Shown: positions 32,133 to 57,150, counted from the first letter of the stretch. The stretch: DNA of 64,000 nt from Monocercomonoides exilis PA203 (GCA_001643675.2 LSRY02000003.1:1240001-1304000), one strand, 5' to 3'. Translations and numbers: made by a program. Notes: generated by a model from the letters alone, not told the origin.

Positions 32133-34509
32133 CTATATCTCTTCCAATAATTTCCAAAGCTGCAATGCTCTCACTTGCGTGTACTTTCTCTTTTCATGGT
32201 GAAATTTCACTTGAGCAAGACAGCTATCACTCAGTCCTTCTTCTTCAGCTGCCTCTATCACCTCCTTAAAATAACAATATTCTAAATTTCCTTCTCTTTC
32301 TTTGAAACATTGCTCCTCGAATTTTGTATGCTGATGAAATGGTTTCTGAATGTTCGTCTTGTTGTGACAGTCTTCGACTGAACTTTCCTCCGGGCTTTGA
32401 TTTTTCGTTTCATGAATCTCCTTCTTAATTTCTTCAGCCTTCAATTTTTGCATCCTTTCATTTTTCAAATCACTCATTTTAACCTTCAGAATGTCAAACC
32501 AATCACATGCAACATCCACAGCCTGGCGCACAATCTGGATATCTGACTCCTTCAACTCGGCAATGATTTTCATCACCCCTCGCCAACAGTGCCCGCATCT
32601 GCCTTTAACTGGGAAGCTTTCGTCTGGCCTCAGCCCCAGCAACGATAACGCCCAGCATCGTTCGTGCTGATCAAATTTTGTCGTCTGGTCATGTGATTTG
32701 AAGTGGGTGATATGATGAATGTGATTTTCAGTGTTTGTTGAGGAAGAAGATGAGGAAGATGAGAAAGATGATGCAGATGATGCAGATGATGAAGATGATG
32801 AAGACGATGAAGATGAGAAAGAAGAGTCATCCAACACATGAGGTGAACAATTGCAACGGTACTCGCAACTTTTGATTCCCTTCTTGAATGATTCTTTTTT
32901 GCTTTCATTTGCAATATCAAAGCTTTCCTCTTTTCTTTCATCTGAAATTTTCGGTTGATATGATCCTGGGCACTTGTCATTTTTTCCTTTGCAACTTGAT
33001 CCTAACATTTCTTCCACACATGTCAAAATCTTTTGACTGCCAAAAAACTGCGAATAGCATTCTTTCCAAGTTTCCATCATCCCTCGCAACGTCCATTCGA
33101 TAATTCCATTCATCATTTCTTCATGAAGTAATGCTTCTATGTCTTCCTTTTCTTCTTCTGAGTCATTTCTTCCTATTCCATCCGCCAACGCTTGCGGCTC
33201 CTGTAAGAAAGTGTGAGTAGCATTTGATATATGAAAGCTTTCATCTGAATTGATCGACTCATCCATCCCATGCCATCTCATTTTCTGCTTAGAATCCATC
33301 TCTCTTTGCAGAATCTCCATCCAGCGTTCAAAAAGCCCTTCTTCTTTCCACATAATATTCACAGACACTTTTTCAGCTTCTGGTAATAACCCATGTTGAC
33401 TTAAGATTTGCCATGCAACACATCGAGAAATCTCAGTTAAATTCACAAACTTTTTGTCTTGTTCCAAAAGACGAACAATAGTTTTTGTTATCTTACATTT
33501 TTGAAACACTTCGCCGTGATCTTTTAATCGTACAAAATGAAGTTCGAAAAATTTATTTGAAATCAATGAAAATCCAGATTAAAATTAGATAATCGAAAAA
33601 ATTATCATCAATGAAATAAAAATAAAAACCAATATATTAACAAACCTGAAGGGCATATGTGCCGGATCGCAAGCAATGCATACTCAACACGAATCTTGTC
33701 TGACTTAGATTTTATCTCTTTCGTAACTTCATTTAGAAGAACAGGAAGCGTATTTGATAATAAAAACTGGTTAAATCGAAATCCATATGGATGCAACAAA
33801 TGAAATGATTCCACTAAATCAACTAAATCTATTGCATTTTCCTTTCCAAGAAGTCTTTTTGCCCTCTGTCTCAATCCAAATGCATCATCAATCAACTTGT
33901 CCATAGCTTCTTTGAGATTTGATTTTAAATAATTATTTTCGACGTACGTTCCTGTTATAAAAATCCGACGCATAAAGAATTTTAAGAATTTAAAAGGCCA
34001 TTCTTCTTTTGCATTTGTTGCAGCTCGTCCTAACTTGTTGAAGACATATATTGAAGCCACTTTCTTTAACTCCTGCTTCTTCATTTTCTTCACTATAAAA
34101 AATAACTTTTCGTTTTTGTCATAAAAATCTTTTATTTCTTGGTGTTCATGTGAAACAATTTTTTCAAGAAATTCTGTTTTATTCACAAATATGAAAACAA
34201 AAAAAAAAAAAAAAATATGCAAATATTTTCTATCAAATATAAAGTTTTAATAACGCACAAACACAACAAATAAATTCCTTAATATAAATGCCAAGGATAA
34301 AAATATTAATAACAGTACAAAAAGACAAAAATATAACAATTATTTATCATCCTCACAATCGTCTTCAAACCTTCGAATTCAGCAACATTTTTATTCCTTT
34401 CTGGAACTGCTCCGTCTTCTTGCCCAATTTCCATCAGCATTTCCATCATCTTTTTGACAAAATCGTAAAAACGAATATTCGAAAATTTTTCTGTGGTTTC
34501 AGTGATCAT
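32133..34509 (-). CDS. Uncharacterised multi-exon helical protein, probably from a lineage-expanded family
   Basis: Three colinear minus ORFs (34306-34509, 33608-34222, 32133-33566) separated by AT-rich intron-like gaps. Motifs VEYALLAIRHI, NLTEISRCVAWQIL, IEAAEEEG. Splice sites not resolved. Confidence 0.55.
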
Positions 34510-34848
34510 GATTTTGCTTGTTGAAAGGTGCCAACAGTAAAATGAAGTTGTTTATTTGCTTCAATTCGATAATTGTTCTCCAAAATTTTAATTTCTTATC
34601 ATAATATCACATCTCATGCTAAGAAAAATTTTATTGAAAATTTCATATACATATAAGCCCAATGTTTTCCAAATACGAAAAATATCAAATAAAAAATAAT
34701 AATAAACTTAATCGCGAAATGATTCACAAAAATTACTTTCTGCTCAAAAACACAAATTTTGAATATAAAATTCAATATGACAATTAAAAATACAAGAAAC
34801 AAATTTGATTAATATCTTATAAATATGACAGCATGAAATGAAGGATTG

Positions 34849-35460
34849 CTAAAAAATCAATTTCTCTAATTCTTCAGGAGTTTTTACAGATTTTAAATCT
34901 AATTTTGAAGGAGCAGTTGCAACTTTCATTCCAGATTTCATGGTTTGAACTATTTTCTTTGCGCATTTTGGCTCTCTTTTAGAATCAAGCTCATCTGGAT
35001 CAAATGGAGCTTCTCCAAGGCTCAAGGCAATTGCATAATCAAGAAATGGATCATTTGGAGGTTTGGAGGAAACTTTATTCTCTCCAGCCGAAGCCCCTTC
35101 AATAGCGGGCGTTGAATTTGAATGTTGTTGTGGTTCTGAGTTTTTTTCAATAGATATAATATCGACAGGCGTTTTAGATGCTCCTTCAGATTCCTCGTTA
35201 TCATAAAATAAAATCAATAAATTTAATGAAAGGGAGAAAAAAATAATTTCTAATCAGCATACAGTTAAATGGTGTATGATACGATGAATTGGAAATGGCA
35301 TAATATCAGTAAGTACCTTGCGGCACGTTGGACATTGTTTCTTTTTCGCAAATGCCTGATCAAGGCATACTTTACAAAAGCAACTTTGGCAGCAAGGCAT
35401 CATCATTCCTTCTACAGTTGGACACAAACATATTCCACATTCAGGATTTTGTGTAATCAT
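34849..35460 (-). CDS. RING finger protein with UIM-like motif (2 exons)
   Basis: CGIC..PCCQSCFCKVC..CPTC; GTATGC donor at 35262; the second exon contains LDYAIALSLGE. Acceptor position uncertain (~35194). Confidence 0.7.
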
Positions 35461-35881
35461 TTTCCTTTGCAAAAAAAGATATGTGGATAATTTGTAAAGG
35501 GATTGAAGAATTGACTTTTGTATTCTATTTGTTAATACGTTCATTTTGTTTTGCAAAGAAAAATATTTGTCTTTTTAACAGAGAAGTTGTTTATTTTGAA
35601 TAACCATTATTTCTTTATTTCTGGTTGAATTTATCTGATATGTCTGTTTCTGCATATACTCCAGCTCTTTATACAAGGTTTAAAAAATTTTTAAGTAAGA
35701 ATAGTCATTGATATTATTATTTTTTTATATGAACGATTTATATGCTTTTATAGTGTTGAAGGTTAGGAAAATTTGTTTTTTTGATATTTCGTTATTATTA
35801 TTTGCTTTACAAAATTGTTTTCAAAATTTTCCAAACTTTATCGTAGGACCAACAAAAAGAAAAGTCCCAGATACAAATTCA

Positions 35882-46547
<10,666 letters not shown>

Positions 46548-47119
46548 AAAAGATGAAAGGACAAATGAAAGAAAGAAGGGTTTTCGTTGAAAGTGGTATA
46601 CAGAAAAAAAACAATTTGAGCGATTTATTCACAAATGAAAAGCTGGTTTTTGGTTGGTGATTCACTTCACAGTATCTTGTTTTGATCTCTGACTTTATCT
46701 TTATAAAATTTATTATTTTTTCATTCATTTCATTTCTCAATTCGCAAATGTGAAAAGAATGTATCTATTTTCAAACTTCTTGAAAATCAGTTCTTTATTT
46801 AGTAATTTCATTCTACTGAATCATATGACTTCGAATTTAAGATTATATCTCAAAAAATTCTTTCCAATCAGCGAAATTCATAATTTGAAATCTATTTTTA
46901 AATTCACCTTATTATTTCTTCTCATTTAATTCTATTTAAAAGAAAAAGATCTCTCAAAAAAATGTGAATTATCATTTCTTAGTTGTTACAATTTTACTTT
47001 TTTATTTTTCTTTTTTTTATTTTATTAAAATTCTAAACACTATAAAAGTATCAACAAAAAAACAATCACAAAGGCCATCTCTAGAAACATATAAAAAGAT
47101 ATCAGAAGCATTTCATTCA

Positions 47120-50100
47120 TCAAAGACCACTTCCTTTCATCGCCTGATTCATTGTGCTTCGGAGCATGTTCAATTCAGCCTGAAGATCTGTTCCGCTCAA
47201 CGTTGTTGGATCGCTCTTTAAAAAGACACCTGTGAAAAGCTTGCGAACAGCAGTATTTTCGTCTGTGGAGTCGGAATTTGCTGGTAGACTTGATGAGGAT
47301 GATGTGGATGGTTCAGAATTTGAAGAAGCAGAAGCAGAAGCAGAAGCAGAGGAAGAAGAAGAAGGTGAAGTTGTATTCGATTGATATGCATCTGTTGTTT
47401 GAAGAGGAGGGTTAACAGACTGTTGAACCGAAGAAGAAGAAGAAGCAGAGGAAGAAGAAGAACTTGGAGGAGCTGACTCAAATGAAGAATGTGTAGGCCC
47501 GATGTCTGGAAATTGAAGCGTGGATTCTGCATTGAAGCCGAGTTGTTCATCAGTATTTTTGTTCTCATTTTTAATCTCACGTTGTTTCTTCTCTTCTGCC
47601 ATGGCATTTGGAAGTGTTTCATTTGAAGCTGAATTTTCTTTCTGTTCAGACTGTTCTGTTTGTTTTGCTTCAAAAAGATTTGAAGGCGGAGTCATCTGCC
47701 TCTTTCTTTGTAGTAATTCATTCAGTTTTCTTTGCGACTCAAGCTGTGTTGGTCTGACAGTAGGTGTTGATGTTAATGTGCTTGACTCGATCAAACCTCC
47801 TTTGCTTGGTGTGAATGAAGTTGATGGAGAAACAGAGGAAGAGATTGAAGAAGACGATGACGAAGCCAATCTGCGGGATGTGATGAAAGGTTCTTCAGAA
47901 ATCAAGCGCGGGACAGAGTTTGGCGTTGTTGGGTTGGAAAGGGCAGAGTGCATGAATGAAGGAGACATCGACGATGCTGCCAATCGAGTCGATGTTGAAT
48001 GGAGTGCAGACGGCGGTGGAACTAGCGTCACCCGCTTTGCACTCGTCAGAGGTGTTATAGTTGGCGTGTTCATCAGCCCAGTTCCGCTTGCCCTGTCACC
48101 TGTGAGTGTGCTTGTGAATGACGACTGCGGATAAGCAGCTGAATGAAGCGTGTGAAGTGCAGATGTCGGCGCATTCACCAGCGTCGCAGTCCCGCTATAC
48201 GGATCCTCTGCAATCAGCGTGCGCGTCTTCGCTTTCGTCTGCTCGTTCAGCAGCAGCTTTGTCCGCTGGTTTGCCTGGTCAAACAGCTGCTCCAGCTCTG
48301 CCAGTCGCTTCGCACGCGACTCGCTCAGCGCTGTGGCATCGTTCAGTTTCGACGTCAAATGGCGTATTTCTGCACTCATCTGGTCGCTGCCTCTGTCTGT
48401 CTTCGCTTTGATCTCGTCCAGCTGCCTCTTTGTCAGCTCCAAGTTGTTCCTCAGCATCTCATTCGTGGCGCGCAGGTTGTTCAGTTCCTGGTTAGAAATG
48501 CCCGCCTCATCTTCAATCAGCCTTTTTCCTTCTCTCAGCTTCGCATTCTCCGTCCGCAGCCTCCTCAAATCTGCTTCATTTTGAGCCACTTCGTCTTCTG
48601 CATCCTTCAGCTGTGCTTCCAACACGCCAACACGCCCACGCAGCTGCCGTACTTCTTCATTCAGCGCCAGGTTCTTCCCGTCGCGTGCTGCTATTTCCTC
48701 TCCCAGTTTTTGCTCCATCGTAGCGATGTTCTCCCGCAGCATCCGGATCTCCTCTTCCATCTCTTCATGCTGCTTCATAATCTCCTTTCCAGTCGCATCC
48801 ACAAACACTTTCTCGCTCTTGATCTGTCTGTGCGTGTTCGACAGCTCCTCCTTCAGCCGCTTCACTTCATACAAATCCTGGTTCAGGCTGCTTTCTTTCT
48901 CTCCGATCGAATCAATCGCTGCCTCCAATTCATTCAACCGCGCTGCCATTTGATCTCTTTCCCCTGCCAGCAATTCCAACTCCTTCGCAATTGCGTTCTT
49001 TTCCCTCGTCGTCTCGTCCAAACGCTGCCGGAGGTTGATCAGCTCAGATTGCAGCACCTTCCGCTCGATCTCTGCATCCCTCTTTGTCTGCTGCAGCGTT
49101 GCTTCGAGTGTTGCACGGGCATTTTCGTTCTCCCTCGCTTTGTATTCGTGTTCTGTCAGCGTCCGCCGCAGCTCATCGGCCTCTCTCGTGATCATCTCAG
49201 TCCTCTCAAACATGCCGCGCTGTGTTGTCTCTCTTTCTGCCTCCTTCTCAGCCTCAATTTGCTTCATCGTCTTCCCCATCTCCTCATTCGCTGCCTGCAC
49301 TCTCCGCAGATCTGTCATCAACTTCTCGATTTCGATCTCGTTCCGGCGGGAAGTGTCAGCAAAGCGAGATTTTTCCTGCTCCTCAGCTTTCAGCCTCTGG
49401 TTCAAATCTCGCACGGTGCGCTCTTTTTCATCTATTTCTGCTTTGTGTTTCTCAGATTCTTCTTTCTTTTGGTTTTCCAGTGACTTCAGCCTCTCAAGCA
49501 GCACTCGCGTCTCAGTTGCTGTACCTCGACTGGACACAGACAGCATCTTCTCAGCTGATGCAACTCTGCTCTCCAAGTCAATTGTTTGTGCTTCTTTCTT
49601 CGCAATTTTTGAAGTAAGCTGGTTGATCTGCTCGGTTGCATTCCGCAATTTGTCTTCAAGTTCAGCAGAACGCAATCGTTCACGACGAAGCTGTTCTTCG
49701 CACTCAGTTTGTTTTTCTTCAAGCTGATCTTTGAATTTTTTTCTCTCAATTTCCGCTTGTGTTTGCATTAAGTCAGAATGCTCTAACTGTGTGACGCTTA
49801 ATTTTTTGATATACTCTTCTCTCTCCGCAGCCCTTTCATTTTCAATTTTTCGCTGAGTTTCAATCAAGGATGAAATTTGATCATGAAGCATTTCCACTTC
49901 AACTTTGTGATCGGCTTTCGTTTTTGTAAGTTGTTCCGTTGTTCCTTCGTTTTGAGCAGTGATTTGGGCAACATTTCTTCTTAAAGAATCTGTCACCCTT
50001 TGTGATTCCTGCAATTCTTTTGTTAATAACTTCAAATTATTATCCATCTCGTTATTTTGTTCTTGAAGTGAAGTAAGTCTTGCTTCCTTTTGTTTTATCT

Positions 50101-50501
50101 GAAACGATAAATTATCATTCTCTTCTTTTAAAGATTGAATCAACTTCTGGCTTTCGACGCGTTCTGCACTTAGCGAATTCTGACTTAATGTATATTGATT
50201 GATTGATTTTTTATACTTTTCTAATTCTCCACGCAATACAGTTATCAGTTTTTGTGAATCGGACGTTGACAATTGTAATCTGTGAAACTCCTCTTGAGCA
50301 ATTTTTGTTTCTTGTTTTTGTTTCTTAATAAAATGAATTATTAAAATTTGATGAAAAGTGCAAAGTTGAAAATACTTCTAATTGTTCAATTGCGGTCTGC
50401 CTTGCTTCAAGAAGTTCTTGTTGGATTTGATTCGCACTTTCTAACTCTTCTGTTTTCCGTTGAAGCTGTTCTTTTAATAAATTTATTGAGTTTTCTGACA
50501 T
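47120..50501 (-). CDS. Long coiled-coil protein with Ser/Thr/Pro-rich tail
   Basis: 1050-aa ORF plus an upstream exon (MSENSINLLKEQLQRK..IEQLE, ATG 50501, GTATTT donor ~50375). Heptad-rich over ~700 aa; no recognisable globular domain. Confidence 0.75.
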
Positions 50502-52500
50502 AAAACGTTCGAAATCTGAGAAATGACCTTTTGTGATTTTTTAATAATTTTTAAAATAATTATACCATAATTTGCTTTATAGAGTATTTTGAATTGTGAA
50601 AACATTTTTTTTTCCTTTATGAATTTAGTTCCACACTATGCTCTTGAAGATTTTTCTCAACTTTTTTATGTTCCTATATTTTATTTTGCTTGAGATTGTT
50701 AGAATTATTATTAGACAATTGCAGAAAAGTTTGGTACAAATCATTGATTTTTTCATAAATGCAAGAATTCTATCCCAATTATCAAGGTGATACAAAGATA
50801 ATAACAATTTTAATATTTTGAATGAAAGCTAAAATTAATGCATGTTGAAATCAATATTTCCAAAATAAAGCAACTTTTTGTTTTCAATAGCTTCAAAAAG
50901 TGAAAAGATATTCATTGATTTCGTTATAATTTTTATTTTTTGTTCAATAATTTCTGCAATTCTGAAATTGTGAACATAATCAACTTCTCTTAAAATCTGA
51001 ATTCAAATTTTGAAAAAAAGAGAAAGAATAACATGGATAATTATTTTTGTTATCATAGCCTTTTTCGGAATGTTGATTTTTCAAAGATTGTTTATCATTG
51101 AAAAGAGATTTCGAAAACAAATTCAAAATTTATAACAACTGTTTAAAAAACAAATGTTTTTGCTCTGATAAAGGTGAAGATGTCTTTCACAAACATTTTC
51201 AATTTTTACTGTTCTTTTGTTGATATTGAAGTTAAAATTTTTTGGTAACGAAAATTTTGAAAGAAAAATCATAGTTTCAAAAATTATCACCTATATCAAA
51301 AAATTCGAATAAATATGTACATTTACAAATTAGAAATTAAGTGTGAAATTCTTTTTGATGTATATTTGTTTCAGTTCACATTAATCGTTTTTTGAAATCA
51401 TTTTTAAATATTTGGGACAAAATATTTCACTTCAGGCATTTTCATTGAAAAATTATGCGCTTTTCATTAACGTTTTGAGATCAAAAAACAAAATAAAAGT
51501 GTATTCTTTTTTTGAAATACGCTTGAAGTTACAAAACATTTTGCTGTAACATCAATGAAGTGTGTTGACGGATATGATAATTCATTTTATTTTGAAATCT
51601 GATTATGTTAAAATATGTTATTAATGAAGCAATTTTTCAATGCCTCGTGCAAAAAAAGCTTGAAAGTCCGTATTTTCCCCCATTTGGATATTTTTTTTGA
51701 GTAATTTTGATTATTTTGAATTTTTTCTTTTGAAATTGACAAGGCTTTTTAATATCAAATGTTTTGTAAGTAATATTTATTTGTAAATTCTAATGAAGAT
51801 GTTGAATACATGAAATAATTATCTCGTGGATGGATTGGCACTGTTTTATTCATTCATCAATAAACAAAGAAAAATTATAAATCAAAAAATCTGATTATCA
51901 AAAAAAAATTTTTTTTTAACTTTTTTCAAATGAATATTCATTAACACCAACAATGTACAAAAACTTTGTAGATTTTCTTAAATCTTGAAAATGAGTTTCA
52001 TTGTTTTATGAAAAAACAATATTATAATTATTATTTTTCCGAATGTTCATTCATAAAAAGATTTCTCACACTTCGAAGTGATTTCCATGTCAAAAATCAT
52101 CAACGATAAATTCTTCTATTTTTCTATCTGAAAAAAATTCCATAATAATTATTTTTGTTTGATTTTAAGTGATTATTTAAGAAATCATGTTTTTTCATTC
52201 AAATATTACGGTTCAAAAATATCCCCTGAATATAAATTATTGATCACTGAAAAGTTAAAACGTTCAATAAAGACATTTTCTTATTTATTTCACCTGATGC
52301 ATTTATTTTAAAAACAGGTGTTATAAATATTACATTTGAATTCAAAAGTTCTTCCAAATGACAAACAATCTTTGAAAAATCAACACCACGAAAAAAGATA
52401 TGATTTCAAAAATAATTATCCATAAAAATTTATAATAAAAACTTGGATGATTATATAAGAAATCATAACTTTTTCCTGAGTGTTGATTTTTCAAAAAACA

Positions 52501-52855
52501 GTTTGCGCAAAAAATACCGGACAAGATCGATTTCTCAATAACCGCAAGAGGAATAATTCTGACTATTTTCCTATAAATATATCTCGTAAATACAAACTCA
52601 TTTGATACACGAGACTTTCAAAATAGCCTCATTTGTGCTCAGAAAAAATTATAGATTGAAATCTCGTAGAAACTCAAAATCCAATTTTTCCGAGATTTTA
52701 AAAATAATTTTCTCTGAGCACAAATGAGGCTATTTTGAAAGTCTCGTGTATCAAATGAGTTTGTATTTACGAGATATATTTATAGGAAAGTAAACAGAAT
52801 TATTCCTTTTGCGGTTATTGAGAAATCGATCTTGTCCGGTATTTTTTGCGCAAAC
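52501..52855. mobile_element. 355-bp foldback/MITE-like long inverted repeat
   Basis: Arms GTTTGCGCAAAAAATACCGGACAAGATCG... are near-perfect over ~150 bp and imperfect to ~170 bp, with a short loop. No TSD seen. Confidence 0.75.
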
Positions 52856-53193
52856 GATATTTGTTTCTTTGGAAAGAAATTATACATAAAAAAGAAAAAA
52901 AAAAGCAAAATGATTGTTGAAAAATAAATATGTTTGAGATTATATTCATTCAAAAATTGACTTTGAAAGAAGTTATGATTTTTCAGTATTTATTTTTTAT
53001 TAATCAACTCAAATCTTCACACCGAAATTTTTGATGGAAATAATTTGATTTCAAAAATAATCACTCATCTATTACATTTTAATAACTTATTTTTTACTTG
53101 CTTTTTATTCCACCTTAATTTGAGCTTTAATGTTTCATTTCATTTAAAAGTTATTTTAATTAATATGGTTACAAAAATTGGAAAAATTAAAAA

Positions 53194-54820
53194 ATGGATG
53201 ATTCTGAAGGCCATAGTTCTGAAAAAGATTTTAGGTTACTATTTTATTTGCTTTAATTGCTTTTGAAAATTATATGGAACATTTTCCCCCTCAATTTGCT
53301 GTGTTGTCGAAAATATTCTTTTTAATAAAATAATTTTTTCCTCAAATCTTCATTGACTTTCAGAGATGAAACATTCAATTCTTCAATGGTTTGTTCTCTA
53401 TTTTTTTTGCAAAACTTTTACGAAAAAGTTTTTTAATATGATACAAATACTTTTTTAATTTTTACAGAATGAGCAAGAAATGAATTTTGAGCAATATCCA
53501 TCTCCTAAATTTGTAAATAGATTTGATAAAAAGCAAGAGACAGAATATGGCTCTGCTAATAATTTAGATAATATTGAGGATTTACCATTGAAAATTTCAA
53601 AAAGATATTCAAACAATTCTCCAATTATTGAACGAGATCATTCGAAAATATCAGAACATCAACAATCATCAAACGAAAGTTTATTTATCCGTCGATCAAA
53701 ACAAGTGATATTAAAATATGAAAAATCAAAGAAAAAGAACGAGCTGATTTTCAAATGCCAAAATTTCCTATTCAATAATTGTGCAACTCCATCGAAATTA
53801 AAAAGCACAATATATTTCTTATTATGCGCTTTATCATTATTTTTCGTGATGCTCTTATTTTCATTCCCATTTGTTATTCCAACATCAAGAACATTTATCA
53901 ATATTCCAAATGATCCTTCTCTTGAGAATGCTATTCTCAAGGGCTGGAACAGAATTATGAAATGCTTAACACAAGAAGATGTTCCAAAGCGGGATGCTAT
54001 TGAGGAAGAAAAGAAAAAATTAGAAGAATTGAAAGAAGAAATTACTCTATTGAATGAAAAACAGAAGCAGATAATACGAAACATTTTCAAAAGCGAACAA
54101 ACCGAAAGCATGCAAGAAAAAGACTCAAAACAAATTGCTGAACACGAAGTTTCACTATCAATCGGAGAATCTATTGACTTTGCAAGCGAAAGATACGACC
54201 ATATAAAGCAGGACAATGATACGCAGAAAACTGGAGGCTGGATCAAACAGAACTTTAGAACAGCAATTGAAGCATCAAGGCGCCTTCTATTGAAAGTTAA
54301 AAATTCAAAATTGTATGAACAGCCAGAGATCGTATTAAGGAGTACAAAGCCAGAAATGGGCGAGTGCTATCCATTTAATGGAACATCAGGGACCATTTCA
54401 ATAAGACTTAGGAACCCTGAGCCTGTAAGGGCAGTGTCAATAAAGCACATTCCGCAATCACCTCATTATGAAAGGAGTTCTGCTCCAAATCAGTTCTCAG
54501 CAACATGCATTTGCAGAAGCAAAGTGAATGAATCAAGCAAGTGTCTGAACGAGTCAATAATGCAGCTGAATCAGACAAGTGCTGAAAAAGCTGTTTTGTC
54601 GCATAAGCTGAATGATTTCGAGATTGAATATTATGAACACATTACGAATGGAAACTACGTTCTAAACGATAAGAGCAGTCAATTATTTATGAAAGAAAAT
54701 GGCAAAGATACTTTACTTAACTGTGAGATTGTGCGATTCAATTTCAGCAGCAATCATGGAAATCCGAACTACACATGCGTTTATCGTTTAAATGTTTATC
54801 ATTCACCTTCTAACATCTGA
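53194..54820 (+). CDS. SUN-domain (Sad1/UNC-84) inner nuclear membrane protein
   Basis: TM, coiled coil and C-terminal SUN domain (GECYPFNGTSG, SIKHIP, SSAPNQF, SNHGNPNYTCVYRLNV). Two short upstream exons (MDDSEGHSSEKDFR|DETFNSSM) splice in frame to the 53480 ORF. Confidence 0.9.
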
Positions 54821-55453
54821 AAAATCACTGTTTATTTTTCGTATTTTTTCATTTTTTTCAAAACTCTTTTCATGTGTACATCTTGTTGTGATTTAAATGT
54901 GAATTGATTTTTTGTTTCTTGACCTACAAACAAAAAGCAATAATTATTCTAAATTGAGATGATCAACATTCACAAAAATTGATACAAAACCAGAATGTAA
55001 CAGAAGCCCCCAAGATGCATTGAAATTTGAATTCCATTTGAAAGAAATATTATATTCGCAATTTTTTTTTCTCATTTCGCGAATGCTTTTTTGAAAAATA
55101 TTCAAACCAACAACAAAATTAATAAAATTTAAAATCAATGAAGCATATTTCTCTTTGTTTCAATAACAAAAACTGAAAAAATAGTTTTCTTCGAGAATTT
55201 TTTCAAAAAAATGAAGGATGATCTTGTTTTCATAATAGGAACAGAAACGAAGTTTTTGAGTAACACATCTGGCTTTGAACAAAAGAAATGCGAATATATT
55301 TTTCATTTCAACAAGAAAATAGTAATGACCTTTGATTTTCCGTTGCATCCCTATTTCCAATCATATCTTCAAGGCATTGTTCAATTGTTCATTAGAATTT
55401 ATATGCTTTTGACTTTGATACGAATTAATACGGAAGAAGTCTTTGAAGATTTT

Positions 55454-56185
55454 TTAACCGCTGCTCATTTGGCATCTTTGAAAATATCTTTGCCTTGCAG
55501 CTTCAACAGAAGCTTGATCATTTCTTCGCTTTGAAGAATGCTCTATAAATTGTCTTTCTCTTTCTAATTGTCTCTGTTTTCTTTCTTCATCACCTTCGTC
55601 TCCGAATACTTTTAACTTCATTGCCAATATTTTACTATCCACCTTTTTTTTACTTGACCCTACGCTTTCAGATTTTTCATCTTTTGTTTCTCTCAATTCA
55701 TCTTTTCCATTTTCCAAGATGTCTTTGCCTTCTGTAACTTTTATTCGAATTGGATTTGTAAATTCTTCACTTTCAACAACATTATCTAATTCGTTTTGTG
55801 AAAGCTTTGAAGAAAGTTTAGCTTTATAACTTTAAAAATTACAAGTTAAAGACTTTTAAAGAGAAGCTAATGCATACGCTGGAGTTATAAATTTTTGAAC
55901 TTCTTTTTCAACCTTTTCCTCTTCGGAATTCTTCATAGCTAATTTTGCAGCTGCCTCTTCCTGTTCTGCACGGCGCTGTTTTGCAGTATCAATTAACTTT
56001 AGTAAATATTTTGGCTTTTTGGGAAAGAAATATAAGTTGAATTAAACAAATTATTTTTCTAGAATTTCATTAAAACAGCATAAAACACAAACAGCATCTC
56101 CTTGAATTGTTTTCACTTGTTTAGTTTCCTTTTTTTCGAGGTACGAGTCATAATCATAAATGTCTTCACCATCATCTTTTGACAT
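55454..56185 (-). CDS. NSRP1: NSRP1/CCDC55-like nuclear speckle splicing regulator (3 exons)
   Basis: IYDYDSY, PKYLLKLIDTAKQRRAEQE, KFITPA|YKAKL and C-terminal RRNDQASVEAARQRYFQR. Confidence 0.75.
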
Positions 56186-56535
56186 GTGCTAAATGCTTCA
56201 AAAAATAAACAAAAAGCAGAAAAGATAATTGCCTTGTATATTAATATGGGATATTTTTGGATTTAAATTTGTTTTTAAAAGTTTGAAGCTATTTGCATCA
56301 AATGGCAACAATCCCAAATAAAATTTCTTATTTGCAAGATGTGATACAAGAAAAATTAACTTCTGCGTCAGTTGAAGAAACTGTTCAGGATAAAGTTGGA
56401 AACTTTTCGTTATTTTTGATAAATGGAAACTTGCCACTTGCAAAAAATGTTTGAATTTCAAATATGATTTGATTTTAAGAATGTTCACACAATTTTCCGA
56501 TTATTTCATTTGATATTTACCATTAAAAGCTTCTT

Positions 56536-57150
56536 ATGGATGAAATGGTCATTTCAGCAATTTGCCTTGTTGAAAGAGAATTAGAGGAATTATGCCACTG
56601 CTCTCGCATTTTTCTAGGAAAAGCAAAAGAAGACTGTATTATTTTTTTCAATTATTTTCATTGTATTTTGATTAGAAAATTTAATTTTTCAATTTTTTGA
56701 TTGATAACGTTCATAGCCAAAATGATTTCGCTCAGAGAGCTTTTCCCAGAGGTATGATAACTTTATTGTTAGCCTTTTATATTCCGTTTTCGCTAGTTTT
56801 CAAAACCGAAAGCTATTATGCAAGGAGAAATTGCTTTTCAAAAGGAAAAATCCCAATGCTCACCTGATGAAAAGGAAAAATTGTATGAGGATTCGCAACG
56901 ACAATCCTCAAGCAACGCGATAGAAGATATAACAAGCAAATTGTGTGAAGGAAAAACAACTCAAGATGATGATCTTGGAGGAACTATTCTGGATTCTTCA
57001 GCAACTGGAAAAGATGTTAAGAAAGACTGCGAAGATCAGTTTGATGAAAAAGAAGAGGAAGAGATAGAGGACGGAGAAGATGGAGAGAAAGAAAAAGGAG
57101 AAGGCAATGAAATGGATTTATCTGATCTTATGATGACAATAAAGATGTGA
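56536..57150 (+). CDS. Small hypothetical acidic protein (3 exons)
   Basis: MDEMVISAICLVERELEELCHCSRIFLGKAKED|SKMISLRELFPE|FSKPKAIMQGE.. joins in frame through two GT-AG introns. Confidence 0.6.

Noticed and set aside
35640-35678. Candidate first CFAP74 exon (MSVSAYTPALYT)
   Set aside because: Splice phase is incompatible with the acceptor at ~35847; left unresolved.
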